From a virus: a stretch of DNA of 64,000 nt. Shown piece by piece: positions 43,413 to 54,097 of the stretch. The notes below the pieces were generated by a model. The model saw nothing but the letters and a program-made list of their open reading frames with translations. It searched no databases and was not told the DNA's origin. The position numbers and the translations under genes are program-made. The stretch is from IMG/VR virus record IMGVR_UViG_3300032805_000001, positions 1 to 64,000 of that record; one strand, 5' to 3'. Each line of letters begins with the position of its first letter. Within the stretch, counting starts at the first letter, position 1.

Positions 43413-45008
43413 GTGGCTGTTGAGGTTTTCGCTAACGACGGTGCCGCCACTGTCGCCAGCGGCGGCGCGACTACCCCGGTGGCAGGCACCGTCGAGTCGT
43501 GGACCCTGGGCAGTTCCACCTTGCCGGCGGTGTCCTCGTCGGCGACCCCGCCGACCTGGTGTTACATCACCGATCAGGCGAACGACGCGGAGAAGATGCT
43601 CGTCACGAACATCTCCGGGTCGACGGCGACTGTGACACGCGGCGCGGACGGCACCACGCCTATCGCGCATGCGAGCGGGTTCACGGTCAACCAGGTCGCT
43701 ACCCGCGCGTCGCTGACGGCGCTGCAAAGCCCCGCCTGGCTTAACGCGGCAACGTGGTTCGGTGCGGATCCGGCGGGGGCGGCGGACTCCACCACGGCGA
43801 TCCAGAATGCCCTGAATGCTGCCGGGACCGGCGGGGTCGTCTACCTGCCTGCCGGGACGTATAAGCTCACCGCCGCGCTGACCATGACTTCCGGTGTCAC
43901 CCTGCGCGGCGCCGGGCCGGCTGCGACGATCCTGTATCAGACGGGCACGGCGGCGAACGGCATCACGATCGCCGCGACGACGATCGCTAACGTCACGGTG
44001 CGTGATCTGCGGCTTAATGGCCCCAACACGGGCAGCGGTGTCGGTATCGCCGCGGCGGCGAACGGGGGCGCCAACCCGGTCGTGCAGTTGCTCCTGGACA
44101 ACCTGATCGTCTACCAGTTCGGCTCTCATGGCCTTTACCTGCAGAACACGATCGTCTCGATACTGAGCTGTATCGAGTCCGTCAATAATCTCGGCCGCGG
44201 ATTCTGGCTGAACGAGGGCACTTCCACGTCGCTGATTAGCTGCTACGCCAACACGAACCCGAATGAGCGCGGCTACTACCTGCAGAGCCTGCTTTATTCG
44301 CCGGTGATTGGCTGCGCGTCAGATGGTAACGCCATCGGGTATGAGCTGAACGGGTGCGACAGTGTTTCGGTTGCCGGCTGCGGCGCCGAGGACACCGCGG
44401 CGGGGTCTTCTGGCCTGGATGGTTCATCGTTCAAGCTGACCGGGTGCACGTCCACGTCGGTGCGGAACATCCGGGCGCTGAACAACGCCGCGGTTGGCTG
44501 CTATTTCACCAGCAACAGCACGCAATGTTCCCTGGATGGTTTCACCGAGACCGCGGCGGGCGGGGCGACCGCATCAATCACGGTTGACGCTGGATGCGAT
44601 GTCACGTTGCAGAACTACGTTACCGCCACCGCGCAGACTCTCGCGAGCGGCACCACAACCATCCTGAACAGCTATGGTTACACGTTTCTGCGGACGCTGG
44701 AGGCCGGTGATCCGCTGGTCCTGGACTCTGGCAGCGACACGAGCGGCGTCGCCGCCGCGACCTCGCCGTCTTTCAGCACTAACGTCGCGAAACAGCTTGA
44801 TACCACCCAGGACGTCATGCTTTACATCGCCGTTCAGACGTCCGTGAATCTCACGGTGGCGATCGGGCCGACCTCGACCCCGGCGACGACGGTCATGCCC
44901 ACCAAGTCGTACGCATTGGGTCTTATCTCGCTGCGGATTCCCAAGGCCTGGTGGGTGGTGATCACGGGCACGATCGCCGACCTGACTATCACCCAGATTC
45001 CCTGCTAG
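43413..45008 (+). CDS. Pectate-lyase-like beta-helix tailspike (paralog of 20601-22577)
   Basis: FGADP.G.ADSTTAIQNAL...GVVYLPAGTY; N-terminal domain similar to the 20601 protein. Confidence 0.8.
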   Translation: MAVEVFANDGAATVASGGATTPVAGTVESWTLGSSTLPAVSSSATPPTWCYITDQANDAEKMLVTNISGSTATVTRGADGTTPIAHASGFTVNQVATRASLTALQSPAWLNAATWFGADPAGAADSTTAIQNALNAAGTGGVVYLPAGTYKLTAALTMTSGVTLRGAGPAATILYQTGTAANGITIAATTIANVTVRDLRLNGPNTGSGVGIAAAANGGANPVVQLLLDNLIVYQFGSHGLYLQNTIVSILSCIESVNNLGRGFWLNEGTSTSLISCYANTNPNERGYYLQSLLYSPVIGCASDGNAIGYELNGCDSVSVAGCGAEDTAAGSSGLDGSSFKLTGCTSTSVRNIRALNNAAVGCYFTSNSTQCSLDGFTETAAGGATASITVDAGCDVTLQNYVTATAQTLASGTTTILNSYGYTFLRTLEAGDPLVLDSGSDTSGVAAATSPSFSTNVAKQLDTTQDVMLYIAVQTSVNLTVAIGPTSTPATTVMPTKSYALGLISLRIPKAWWVVITGTIADLTITQIPC

Positions 45009-45038
45009 GCCCGCGCCGGGGTTAGCCGGGCCTGTTTT
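45007..45038 (+). terminator. Probable terminator
   Basis: AGGCCCG...CGGGCCT followed by GTTTT. Confidence 0.5.
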
Positions 45039-45070
45039 CACCGCACCTCACGAAATCCGGGGGGTGCGGC

Positions 45071-48000
45071 GTGCTGTCGTTTTCTTTCGTCCCGGGTGCG
45101 GCGATACCGGGCCGGTCCCGGCCGGGTACTCCCAGCCCGGCCGGGACGAACCCGCTGGTGGTGCAGCAGGTCACCGGGTCGGTGAACTCCGGGTACGGGG
45201 CGGGGACGTCGCTGATCACCACCAGTCTGGGTAACGCGCTGGTGTGTTTCGCTGGCTGGGACACGATCAACACGAACTTGTCCCTGACCGAGCCGCCCAG
45301 CCCGGGTCCGAACGTGCCCGCGGTCAACGTGACGGACAGTGCCGGGAACCTGTGGCAGCAGCTTGGTATCACCGTTTCCAACGGGTACAGCGCGCGGTGC
45401 GCGATCTGGGTCGCGGTCAACGCCGAACCGGTGACCTGGGTGAGCGTGTGCACGACCGGGTATGCGGCGTCAGCGGCGTGGGTGCTCGCGGAGATCAGCA
45501 GCCTGCCGCAGCAGGTCGGCCTCGACTTTTCTTCCAATGACACGACGGCTCCGCTGTCGGTGGACACTTTGTCGCTGGTCGGGGACGCCACCGGCACTGA
45601 TGTCGTGTTCTCGATGCTGGCCATCCCGACGACGGGGACTTTGAACCCGTCGGTGACGGGCGGCCCGGCCGGGTTCACCGCGCTGGACACGGCGGCGACG
45701 GGGGCGTCGCAGGGCAGCGGTATCGCGATCTTCCCGTACTGGCGGGCGGTCACTCCTGCTGGCGGGGTGACGGCCGGGTACACGATCAGCGTCCCGGATG
45801 TGATGGCGGGGATCGTCGCCGGGATTTCCTCGTCCGCGGCGCCGCCGGTGCAGCCGTCGCAGAATTTCCCGCTGGTGATCACGGAGGCCGCGTTCGGGGC
45901 GCAGCCCGGTGACATCACCAAGTCCGTCGACTATCTCGCGGACAACGAGTCGATTTTCTGGACTGATATTTCCGCGCGGGTGCTGGGGGATGCGGGGCAG
46001 GGGCGGATCAGCGTGTCCCGGGGCCGGCAGTACGAATTGGCGCAGGAGGAGGCGGGCGAGCTCACCGCGTTCCTGGACAACCATGATGGGGCGTTCACGC
46101 CCGGTTATCCCGGGTCGCCGTTTTACTCGAACGCGCTGAACGGGAACATGTCGTTTCAGCTTGCGGTGCCGCCGTGGACGCCGGTGGGCGGGGCGTCGCT
46201 GGCGTTGTCGGCCGCGTACGCGTTCGCGTCGGCGGGGAGTGCCACTTCGAGTTTGCAGGTGACACCGCAGGGCGGGGGGACGGTTTCCCCGTTCGCGTTC
46301 GTGCCGAGCGCCGCGCTGCCGGGCTTGATGGTTCCCGGTTATCCGGGGACCGCCTCGTCGGTGACGAACCCGGGTGCGGCTTCGGAGCTGGTGGATATTA
46401 CGACGACGGCGGGGCGGATCGCGTCCCAGCAGGCATCGTCGTCGGTGTTCGCGACGTCGGGGTCGTGGACGGCGCCGGCGGGGATCACGTCGGTGCAGGC
46501 CGAATGCTGGGGCGGCGGCGGCGGCGGGGGCGGCTCGGACGGGACCGCGAACTCCGCTGGCGGCGGCGGCGGGGGCGGGGAGTACGCCCGGGACACGGTT
46601 CCGGTGGTCGCCGGGACTTCGTACCCGTACACGGTCGGCGCTCCCGGGTCGGGGGGCGGCGGGGCGGGCGGCCAGCAGGTCGTCCAGTTGTTCACTTCGT
46701 CGGGGTCGTGGACGGCGCCGGCCGGTGTGACAGCGATCAAGGTGGAGTGCTGGGGCGGCGGCGGCAACGGCGCCGGGGTGTCCGGTACTACCGGTGGTGG
46801 CGGCGGGGGCGGCGGGGAGTACGCCGCTGAGGCGGCTCTTGCGGTCACGCCAGGGTCGATGTACACGGTGACCGTCGGCGGGGTCGCTGCAGCGTCCACG
46901 TTCCCCGGGAACGCGGCGACGGTGACCGCGCACGGGGGGAAGAACGCTTCCGGTGCCAGTGCGGGGGCGGGCGGTTCGGGGTCATCGAACTCTGTTCATC
47001 ACAGCGGCGGCGCGGGCGGCGCCGGGGATTTCAACGTGTCCGGGACCAGCGGCAGCGGGTCCTATACCGGTTCAGCCGGGTCGAACATTGACGGCAGCGA
47101 CGGCACCCAGAACTCCGCGAACATCACGATCCCGCTGACGGCGAACGCGGCCGGGCAGACGATCACCGCGATCACCATCGCCGCGGGTGGCGCGGGGGGT
47201 GGCGGGCAGGGCGGCGGCGCGTTCTCCGACGGCCACGGCGGCGGAGGCGGCGGAGGCGGCGGGTATGCGAGCGGCACGTGCACGGTCACGGCCGGGAATG
47301 CTTACACGCTGTACTACGGCAACGGTGGTGACCCTGACAGCAACGGCTACGGCGGCGGGGCCGGTGCTGATTCTTCGTTCAGCGGGGACTCCGGCACTGT
47401 TACTGCGGGTGGCGGGAAAGGCGGCGGCGGGGCGGGAGCCGGCGGGGCGGGGGGTACCGCGTCCGGTGCGGGCGGCGGGTACGCGATCGGCGGGTCCGGT
47501 GCGGGCGGGGGCGCCCCGGCGGGGGCGAACTATTTCGGTGGCGGCGGTGGTGGTGGCGGCGGTGGCCGGGCCAACGGGGCGGGCGGGAACGCGTCCGGGC
47601 GTGTCCCGGGTAACGGCGGCGGGAACGGTTCCGGCGGCGGGTACGGGAACCTTAACGGGCCCGGCCGCTCGTTCGGCGGCCAGGGCGGCAACGGCACCCC
47701 GTCCGGCGGCCAGGGCGGCGGCGGGGGCGGGGGCGGGGGCGCGACCGGGGCGACAACCGGATGGCATGGCGGCGGCGGCGGATCCGGGTGGATTTCCTAC
47801 TATTACTCCAACATTCTCGACACCCCGGTCGGCGGGGGCGGCGGCGGGTCGGCGGCGCCTACCGGGTCGGGGAACACGGGCGGGGTCAGCACCAGCCTGA
47901 GCGCCGGTGGTGCGGGTGGCGTGGCGCTGGCGAACGGCGGCGGCGGCGGGAACGGCGGGGTGCAGTCCACCCCCGCCCAAGGCGGTTCAGCGCCGGGCGG

Positions 48001-51000
48001 CGGAGGCGGGGGCGGCGTCACGTCGTTCGGCGCCCCAGGCGCGAACGGGCAGGTCCGCGTCACTTACACGACGTCTTCCAGCCCGAGCGCGGGCACCGCG
48101 GGCGGGGACACCACGTTCAACACCTCGAGCGTGGTCGGTCATGGTGGCAGCGGCGGCGGGGTTGGGCTGCTCGGCGCGAAAGGCGCCGGTGGCGCCGGCG
48201 GCGCGGGGTCTTCGGCTACGGCCCATTTCAGCGGCGGCGCCGGCGCGGGCGGTGTGGTCGCCACCGGGTTCGGCGGTGGCGGCGGCGGGTCGGGAGGCAC
48301 CGGGTCGGCGGGGAATGCGGCCAGCGGCGACCAGGGCGCGACCGGGGTCACCGGCGGGGCGCCCGGCGGGAACGGCGCGCTCGTATCCGGCACGGATTTC
48401 CCTGCCACGTCACCGGTGATCGCCGGCGGGGCGGGTGGCGGCGGCGCGGAGAACGCCGGGTTCACGTCGGGAGCATTCGGCGCTTCAGGGCAGATCCGGC
48501 TCACCTACACCCCTAACGGGCTACTGTCCGCGTCGGCGTGGTTTTACTCGCCGTCCGGGTGGGCGCCGGGCATGCAGGTGAACATCGCCTGGTATGACAC
48601 CGCCCAGACGCTGATCTCCACGACCAGCGGGCCTGTGACGGGTGTTCCGGCGTCGGCGTGGACCCTGGTGGAGAACCTGGCCGTCTCCGCGCCCGCCGGG
48701 GCCATGTACGCGCAGGTCATCGCCGAGGCCAACGGGAACCCGCCGGGCCCGTTCTATATTGCTGAGGCGGCGATCGTCGCCGGGCCGACCATGGTCCAGA
48801 CGGGTCTTGTGCGGCTGCTGACCCCGGTGCGGGTGACCGCGTGGTGGAACGGGCGCCGGTACCCGGTGTGGTTCGGGTACATCGAACGGTACCCGCAGGC
48901 GTGGCCGGAACTGCCGCAGTGGGGGTTTTCGCAGATCACCGCGACGGACGCGGTGGCGGTCGCCGCGGTCGCGAACATGCGTTCCGCGGTGCAAGGGGAC
49001 ATTCTCGCTGACCAGCCGTACGCCTACCTGCCGTGCAACGAGCAGTACACGACCGCTTCGCAGGGCCCGACGACCGTGTACACGCCGATCGACGCGAACG
49101 GGCTGATCGCCGTCGACTACGCCACCCCCAACCAGGTGCCGGGCATTTACGGGGACGGGCTGATCGCCGCAGTGAACACGGGCCTGGCGATCAACCTGCT
49201 CGGCGACCAGAACACTGGGATGGGCACGACGGGGTATTCGCAGCAGGACTCCGGTGACCGGGGTGCGGGCCTGTTCTACTACGACGCGAACCTGCCCACT
49301 AATAGCACCGGGTCGGGGCTGACGGCTGAGTTCTGGTTCGGGTACGGCGGTACGGCGCAGACGTGCACGCTGCTGACGATGTGGGGTGCGCCGAGCTCGT
49401 TCAAGGCGCCTACCGGGTCGGGGAACGGGGCGGTAGCGACCGTTTACGCGAATGGGGCGTCGGGGACGATCACGGTGCTCGGGCCGGCGGGGGCCACGCT
49501 GAATTTCCCGTTCACCCCGAACGGGAACACCCCGCAGCACATGGTTCTCACCTTGTCGACGTCGAACGGCCTGTCGGACGTTTACTTCAACGGCACCCTG
49601 CAGGGGCAGGTGACGCTGGGGGTGATGTCTGAGTTCGCGGCGGTCGCGCTTGGCCCGTCCCGGTACACCTATGACTGCGCGAACGCCTCCAACTACCAGA
49701 GTTTCAACTATGTCGCCGCGCATCTGGCCGTCTACTCCTACCAGCTCACACCCGAGCGGATCGCCGCCCACTACACGACCGGTGCGCTCGGCGCATCAGG
49801 AGTGACAGCAGCGGAACGGTTCGCGCAGATCCTGACGTGGGGCGGGCTGGGCCTGAAACGGGGCGTGTACTGGTGGCAGATCGCGACCGGGCAACCGGAG
49901 ATCACCCAGATCGGCCCCGCCTATTCCCTGTCCGGTTCGTCGGCCGCTGACGGGATCAACGCGGTCGCTCAGGAAGAAGGCGGCCGGTCGAACACGCAGG
50001 CCAACGGGTCATACGTGTACACCGAACGGTGGGCGAATTACAACAAGCCGATTGTCGCCGCGTTCGGTGACAACGCGATCGGCGGTCCTGTCGTCCTCGA
50101 CACGTCCCCGTTCCCGCAAGGTTCTCTCGGCGCGTGGACAGCCAGCAACGGCACCTTGTCCCTCAGCCAGGCGCAAGCATACGGGGGCGCCTTCTCGGGA
50201 CTGCTGGTCCCCGCGGGCGGGTCCGGGGCGTGGGTGAGCGGCGACATGGTGACGGTGACCGCCGGGAACGGGTACGTGGCAGGCGCGTGGGTGTACTCGC
50301 CGACCGGGTGGGGAACCGTGGTGATCGGCGCCGACTGGTACGCCCCATCCGGGTATGTGTCGACGTCCGCCGCGACCGTCGGCATCCCCGCCGGCGCGTG
50401 GGTGTACGTGACGTCCGGGGTGGTCACCGCCCCTGCCGGGCAGGGCATCACCTCAGCAACCTTGCATGCCGGGGAAGCGGGGATCAGCGCACCATCGCCA
50501 GCGAACCTGCTGTACATCGGGCTCGCGACCCTGCTCGCCGCCTCCCCGGAGATCCCCGCGCTGCAGGACTCCACGTTTGATTACGACAACACGTACCTGT
50601 ACAACGAGACCACGGTCACCCAGCAGGAAGGACCAAACCAGCTTGTCATCGCCGACGAGCGGGACACCACTTCGGCGGGTGAGTATTTCCGCCGGTCGGC
50701 GCTCACCTACTCCAGCGAGGTTGTCTCCCCGTACGACGTGACGGATCTGGCGTCGTGGTCGCTGGCGAAGTTCGGGCAGCCGGGCCTGCACTTGCAGCAG
50801 CTTGTCGTGGACGCTCATGCATGCCCGCAGATCGCGTTCCCCACCGTCCTCGCCCTGGACATCGGGGACGTCGTACAGGTGACCCGCAGGCCTATCGGCG
50901 GAGCCGTGATCTCCGAAACCGGGATCATCGAACGGGTCCAGCATCAGATCGGCGCGGGCAAGTGGACGGTGACCTACCAGTTGAGCCCGTACACCCCGGA

Positions 51001-51064
51001 GTCGGCGGTCATGACGGTGGACGGGAGCGAGAACGTGCCGGGAGTTGGGGTGCTTGGCTGGTAG
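45071..51064 (+). CDS. Large tail-tip/baseplate hub protein with carbohydrate-binding-like, glycine-rich and LamG-like domains
   Basis: WTDIS..V...SRGRQYEL...G.L...LDN.DG.FTP, PVRV...FGYIE, HLAVYSYQLTPERIAAHY, LDIGDVVQV; 1997 aa. Confidence 0.8.
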   Translation: MLSFSFVPGAAIPGRSRPGTPSPAGTNPLVVQQVTGSVNSGYGAGTSLITTSLGNALVCFAGWDTINTNLSLTEPPSPGPNVPAVNVTDSAGNLWQQLGITVSNGYSARCAIWVAVNAEPVTWVSVCTTGYAASAAWVLAEISSLPQQVGLDFSSNDTTAPLSVDTLSLVGDATGTDVVFSMLAIPTTGTLNPSVTGGPAGFTALDTAATGASQGSGIAIFPYWRAVTPAGGVTAGYTISVPDVMAGIVAGISSSAAPPVQPSQNFPLVITEAAFGAQPGDITKSVDYLADNESIFWTDISARVLGDAGQGRISVSRGRQYELAQEEAGELTAFLDNHDGAFTPGYPGSPFYSNALNGNMSFQLAVPPWTPVGGASLALSAAYAFASAGSATSSLQVTPQGGGTVSPFAFVPSAALPGLMVPGYPGTASSVTNPGAASELVDITTTAGRIASQQASSSVFATSGSWTAPAGITSVQAECWGGGGGGGGSDGTANSAGGGGGGGEYARDTVPVVAGTSYPYTVGAPGSGGGGAGGQQVVQLFTSSGSWTAPAGVTAIKVECWGGGGNGAGVSGTTGGGGGGGGEYAAEAALAVTPGSMYTVTVGGVAAASTFPGNAATVTAHGGKNASGASAGAGGSGSSNSVHHSGGAGGAGDFNVSGTSGSGSYTGSAGSNIDGSDGTQNSANITIPLTANAAGQTITAITIAAGGAGGGGQGGGAFSDGHGGGGGGGGGYASGTCTVTAGNAYTLYYGNGGDPDSNGYGGGAGADSSFSGDSGTVTAGGGKGGGGAGAGGAGGTASGAGGGYAIGGSGAGGGAPAGANYFGGGGGGGGGGRANGAGGNASGRVPGNGGGNGSGGGYGNLNGPGRSFGGQGGNGTPSGGQGGGGGGGGGATGATTGWHGGGGGSGWISYYYSNILDTPVGGGGGGSAAPTGSGNTGGVSTSLSAGGAGGVALANGGGGGNGGVQSTPAQGGSAPGGGGGGGVTSFGAPGANGQVRVTYTTSSSPSAGTAGGDTTFNTSSVVGHGGSGGGVGLLGAKGAGGAGGAGSSATAHFSGGAGAGGVVATGFGGGGGGSGGTGSAGNAASGDQGATGVTGGAPGGNGALVSGTDFPATSPVIAGGAGGGGAENAGFTSGAFGASGQIRLTYTPNGLLSASAWFYSPSGWAPGMQVNIAWYDTAQTLISTTSGPVTGVPASAWTLVENLAVSAPAGAMYAQVIAEANGNPPGPFYIAEAAIVAGPTMVQTGLVRLLTPVRVTAWWNGRRYPVWFGYIERYPQAWPELPQWGFSQITATDAVAVAAVANMRSAVQGDILADQPYAYLPCNEQYTTASQGPTTVYTPIDANGLIAVDYATPNQVPGIYGDGLIAAVNTGLAINLLGDQNTGMGTTGYSQQDSGDRGAGLFYYDANLPTNSTGSGLTAEFWFGYGGTAQTCTLLTMWGAPSSFKAPTGSGNGAVATVYANGASGTITVLGPAGATLNFPFTPNGNTPQHMVLTLSTSNGLSDVYFNGTLQGQVTLGVMSEFAAVALGPSRYTYDCANASNYQSFNYVAAHLAVYSYQLTPERIAAHYTTGALGASGVTAAERFAQILTWGGLGLKRGVYWWQIATGQPEITQIGPAYSLSGSSAADGINAVAQEEGGRSNTQANGSYVYTERWANYNKPIVAAFGDNAIGGPVVLDTSPFPQGSLGAWTASNGTLSLSQAQAYGGAFSGLLVPAGGSGAWVSGDMVTVTAGNGYVAGAWVYSPTGWGTVVIGADWYAPSGYVSTSAATVGIPAGAWVYVTSGVVTAPAGQGITSATLHAGEAGISAPSPANLLYIGLATLLAASPEIPALQDSTFDYDNTYLYNETTVTQQEGPNQLVIADERDTTSAGEYFRRSALTYSSEVVSPYDVTDLASWSLAKFGQPGLHLQQLVVDAHACPQIAFPTVLALDIGDVVQVTRRPIGGAVISETGIIERVQHQIGAGKWTVTYQLSPYTPESAVMTVDGSENVPGVGVLGW

Positions 51065-51068
51065 CCGG

Positions 51069-51452
51069 TCAGCCTTCCCAGCGCCACCCATTATTGTCTT
51101 CGCAGGTGATGGACTTGCCGTCTCCGGCGACACCGGACAGGCCGTGATCTTTCTCCGGGCAGAACTCTCCCGGCTCGTAGCAGTTGCCGCTGCCCGCGGT
51201 GGGATAGCAGCCTGCTTGCGTGGCCGTAGCCGGCGGTGCTGTTTTGCGGGTTTCAGGCGGCGTGGTCTCGCGAGTCTTAGGTGCAGCCGGAGGTGTGGAT
51301 ACCGGTGTGGTGGCCGTCTTCACCGGTGACGCCGACGGCATGGTCGCTGTTGCGCTGGATGAGGTGACCGGGCCCGGAGACGTGCTTCCGCAGCCAGCCA
51401 GGAACAGCGCCAGGAATGCCAGGCCCGCAACGGGCCCGATGGTGGTCTTCAT
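51069..51452 (-). CDS. Predicted lipoprotein (lipobox LAGC, Thr/Pro linker, Cys-rich C-terminal domain)
   Basis: MKTTIGPVAGLAFLALFLAG-C; C-terminal CYP...GNCYEPGEFC...ITC...GWRWE. Confidence 0.7.
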   Translation of the reverse strand: MKTTIGPVAGLAFLALFLAGCGSTSPGPVTSSSATATMPSASPVKTATTPVSTPPAAPKTRETTPPETRKTAPPATATQAGCYPTAGSGNCYEPGEFCPEKDHGLSGVAGDGKSITCEDNNGWRWEG

Positions 51453-51516
51453 CGGGATGTCAGCGTAGCAGGAGCAGGACCGGGAACCTGCCTGACGTTG
51501 ATCACAGGCTGCGGGG

Positions 51517-53346
51517 GTGATCAGAATCCCGACGCAGCCTAGCCCCTGGTATCCGGGCCCGCTCTCACCGCAGCAGCTCAACCTGGCCCTCTATAGCTAC
51601 GACGGCTCGGGTTACGGCGCGAACGGCATCCTGTACCACTCTCACCGGGTCATCCTGTCCGAGTCGATGACTCAATGCCGGGCCCTCAGCGTCTCCAGCA
51701 GCGGCACGTGGAGCGTCTTCTCCGGCACCAACACCGACGCGTTCGGCATCTTCGACAACTCCGCCTTGTTCGGGCTCGGCTGCGACGCCCCCGGCGTTCA
51801 CGCCTACTACCATTTCGCTGCCGCCGCGCTCGGCTCCGCTGGAGTTTCCGGCAGCGCGACCACCTCAACCGGCGGCATCTACCTCGGTGTCCATTTCGCT
51901 ACTGCGACCGCTGCGGGTGCGACTCCCGCTGCGGCCGGCGCGGGCATGTACGTTCAGGCGGGAACCGGGGCGACCGTGTTCCACTCTCAGGGTGTCGTCC
52001 AGGCGCAGGGCACCGGGCATGCGGGGGAGTCGTTTTACATCAACCTGCTGGCTTCCGGGGTGCAGACGAACACGTGGCAGCCGGGCGGGTTCTACGCTGA
52101 CGCTTCGCTGTCCACGGAAACCCCGCCGGCGTCGTCGACGGACACGGCCGGGTTCACGCCCCGCCAGTTGTGGGCGTGGTTCGGGGTTGCCGTGTCCGGC
52201 ACCACCGTCACCCAGGTTCCCACTCCGCAAGTGTCGTGGACGGGACCGGTCACGTCCGCTTTGATGAACGGCCCGTCCGGGCCTTACCAGGCGCTCACGT
52301 TGCTGAACAACCCGCCGTCGATGCAGGTGAACCAGGCTCTCACCACGTCGATCAGCAACAACAGTCCGGCAACGGTGCCGTTCACTGCCGCGCCGTCGAT
52401 CGACACGTACTCAAGGTTCGGGACCGCCACCTCCACCTACACGGCCCCGCTGAACGGCCTGTACCTGACGTTCCCCACGATCACGTTCGCTTCTAACGCC
52501 ACCGGCGCGAGGTATGCGGGACTGTCGGTCACCTCAGGTACGGTGACCACCGCGATCCAGGGGCCCGCTTACGCCGCGACCGGGGCGAGCGCGATGTCCG
52601 TCACCGGGCTCCGCGTCCTCGACCTGAACGCCGGTGACACGGTGAAAGCGACCGCGTTCCAGAACTCCGGCGGTAACCTCGCGCTCGGCGGGGCAACGTG
52701 GAACTCCCGGCTCGGCATCCTCTACCTGTGCCCGTATTCCAGCGGCGGCGTGAACTCTTTCACCCCGCCGGTGACCGCGTTCCACTGGACCGCCGGGCTG
52801 CCCGCCGCGTCGATTCCCGCGCTGCTCACCGAACATCTCGGCAACGACCTGAATTTCCTGGTCAACAGGCCGTACTTCACCGGGTATCAGGCCACCGCGC
52901 AGACCGGGCTGACGGTCGGCTCGTGGACTACGGTCACTATCGACACGGTGGCCGGGCTGCTGCACGGCTCACCCGGTGACAGTTACGCCGGCTGGTCGTC
53001 TTACAGCAACAGTTACGCCGCGCCGGCCGCCGGCTGGTATCTGGTCATCTTCGAGGTTTACGCCGCCCTCCCCACCCTCACCACCGGGTACCTGTCGGCG
53101 GGCATCAAAGTCCCCACTTCCGGGGGGATCGCGCCGTCCACGTCCCCGGACTGGTATCAGACCGTGTTCTTCCCGCTCACCTCCCTGCCCGTTCCCGGTG
53201 CCGCCGCGGTCGGCTGCTACTACCTGAATGCGGGGGAGACGGTTCAGCCGGTCGCGCTCACACAGAACTGGTCGAACACCACGTGGAGCACGTCTACGAG
53301 CGCGAGCGCGCGAAGCCAGTTCAGCGTGTTCTGGCTGTGCGAATGA
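51517..53346 (+). CDS. Minor tail/fibre protein with C1q/TNF-like jelly-roll repeats
   Basis: YTAPLNGLYL / YAAPAAGWYL and LNAGDTV / LNAGETV repeats. Confidence 0.65.
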   Translation: MIRIPTQPSPWYPGPLSPQQLNLALYSYDGSGYGANGILYHSHRVILSESMTQCRALSVSSSGTWSVFSGTNTDAFGIFDNSALFGLGCDAPGVHAYYHFAAAALGSAGVSGSATTSTGGIYLGVHFATATAAGATPAAAGAGMYVQAGTGATVFHSQGVVQAQGTGHAGESFYINLLASGVQTNTWQPGGFYADASLSTETPPASSTDTAGFTPRQLWAWFGVAVSGTTVTQVPTPQVSWTGPVTSALMNGPSGPYQALTLLNNPPSMQVNQALTTSISNNSPATVPFTAAPSIDTYSRFGTATSTYTAPLNGLYLTFPTITFASNATGARYAGLSVTSGTVTTAIQGPAYAATGASAMSVTGLRVLDLNAGDTVKATAFQNSGGNLALGGATWNSRLGILYLCPYSSGGVNSFTPPVTAFHWTAGLPAASIPALLTEHLGNDLNFLVNRPYFTGYQATAQTGLTVGSWTTVTIDTVAGLLHGSPGDSYAGWSSYSNSYAAPAAGWYLVIFEVYAALPTLTTGYLSAGIKVPTSGGIAPSTSPDWYQTVFFPLTSLPVPGAAAVGCYYLNAGETVQPVALTQNWSNTTWSTSTSASARSQFSVFWLCE

Positions 53347-53753
53347 ACTTCCCCTTCCCGGCGCTGCGCCGGCTGATATCCCGGGTACACCGCAAAATCG
53401 GCTACCGTGGAATGTTCCTGGCCCTGCTCGGCGCCATCGACATCCTGCTCGGCGCCTACCTGCTAGTTAGCAGGCTGCCCCCCGCCCCGGGTGTCGTTGT
53501 TCTCGGCGAGTCCGCATGGGGCGGTGTCTGGATCGGCGCCGGCCTGTTCCTGTTCACCGGCGCGCCGGCAACCCGGGATCAGTGGCATTTCGCTGCCGCC
53601 GCCCTCCTGAAAACAGCATGGGCAGGCGAATTTGCCCGCCTCGCCATCATCCGCCACGCCGCGAACCACTGGCTGTGGCTCCTGGCAGCCGCCTGGATAC
53701 TGGTCGCCGCGACAGTCCTGCTCATCTCCACCTGGCCTGAGACGCGGAAGTGA
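53343..53753 (+). CDS. Membrane protein (holin-like, lysis region)
   Basis: About four hydrophobic segments; ATGA coupling. Confidence 0.55.
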   Translation: MNFPFPALRRLISRVHRKIGYRGMFLALLGAIDILLGAYLLVSRLPPAPGVVVLGESAWGGVWIGAGLFLFTGAPATRDQWHFAAAALLKTAWAGEFARLAIIRHAANHWLWLLAAAWILVAATVLLISTWPETRK

Positions 53754-54097
53754 GCATCACCGGGCCCGTTGTTACCACTCTCGTTGTCGGCGTCCCGTCC
53801 GCCGCCGCCGCGGTCGCGTCGTACATCTTCTCGATCCACGCGCACAGGGAAGCCGCCGCCACCAGCAAAAACAAGGTCGACGCGGACGCCTATCTGCGTG
53901 CCAAGGAACTGTATGAGTCGGCGATCAGTGAACTCCGGCTGGAAATCGAACGGCTGAAAACCGAACTGCATGACATGCGGGAACAGATCACCACCCTGGA
54001 AGTCGCCAACGAGGAACTGCAGAAACGTCTCCGCAGGGACGGCGGCTACACGGGCAGCCCCGCGCCCGGCACAGGAAAGGATCCGGGTGAGACGTGA
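53750..54097 (+). CDS. Single-TM coiled-coil protein (lysis region)
   Basis: N-terminal hydrophobic helix then heptad repeats. Confidence 0.6.
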   Translation: MSITGPVVTTLVVGVPSAAAAVASYIFSIHAHREAAATSKNKVDADAYLRAKELYESAISELRLEIERLKTELHDMREQITTLEVANEELQKRLRRDGGYTGSPAPGTGKDPGET

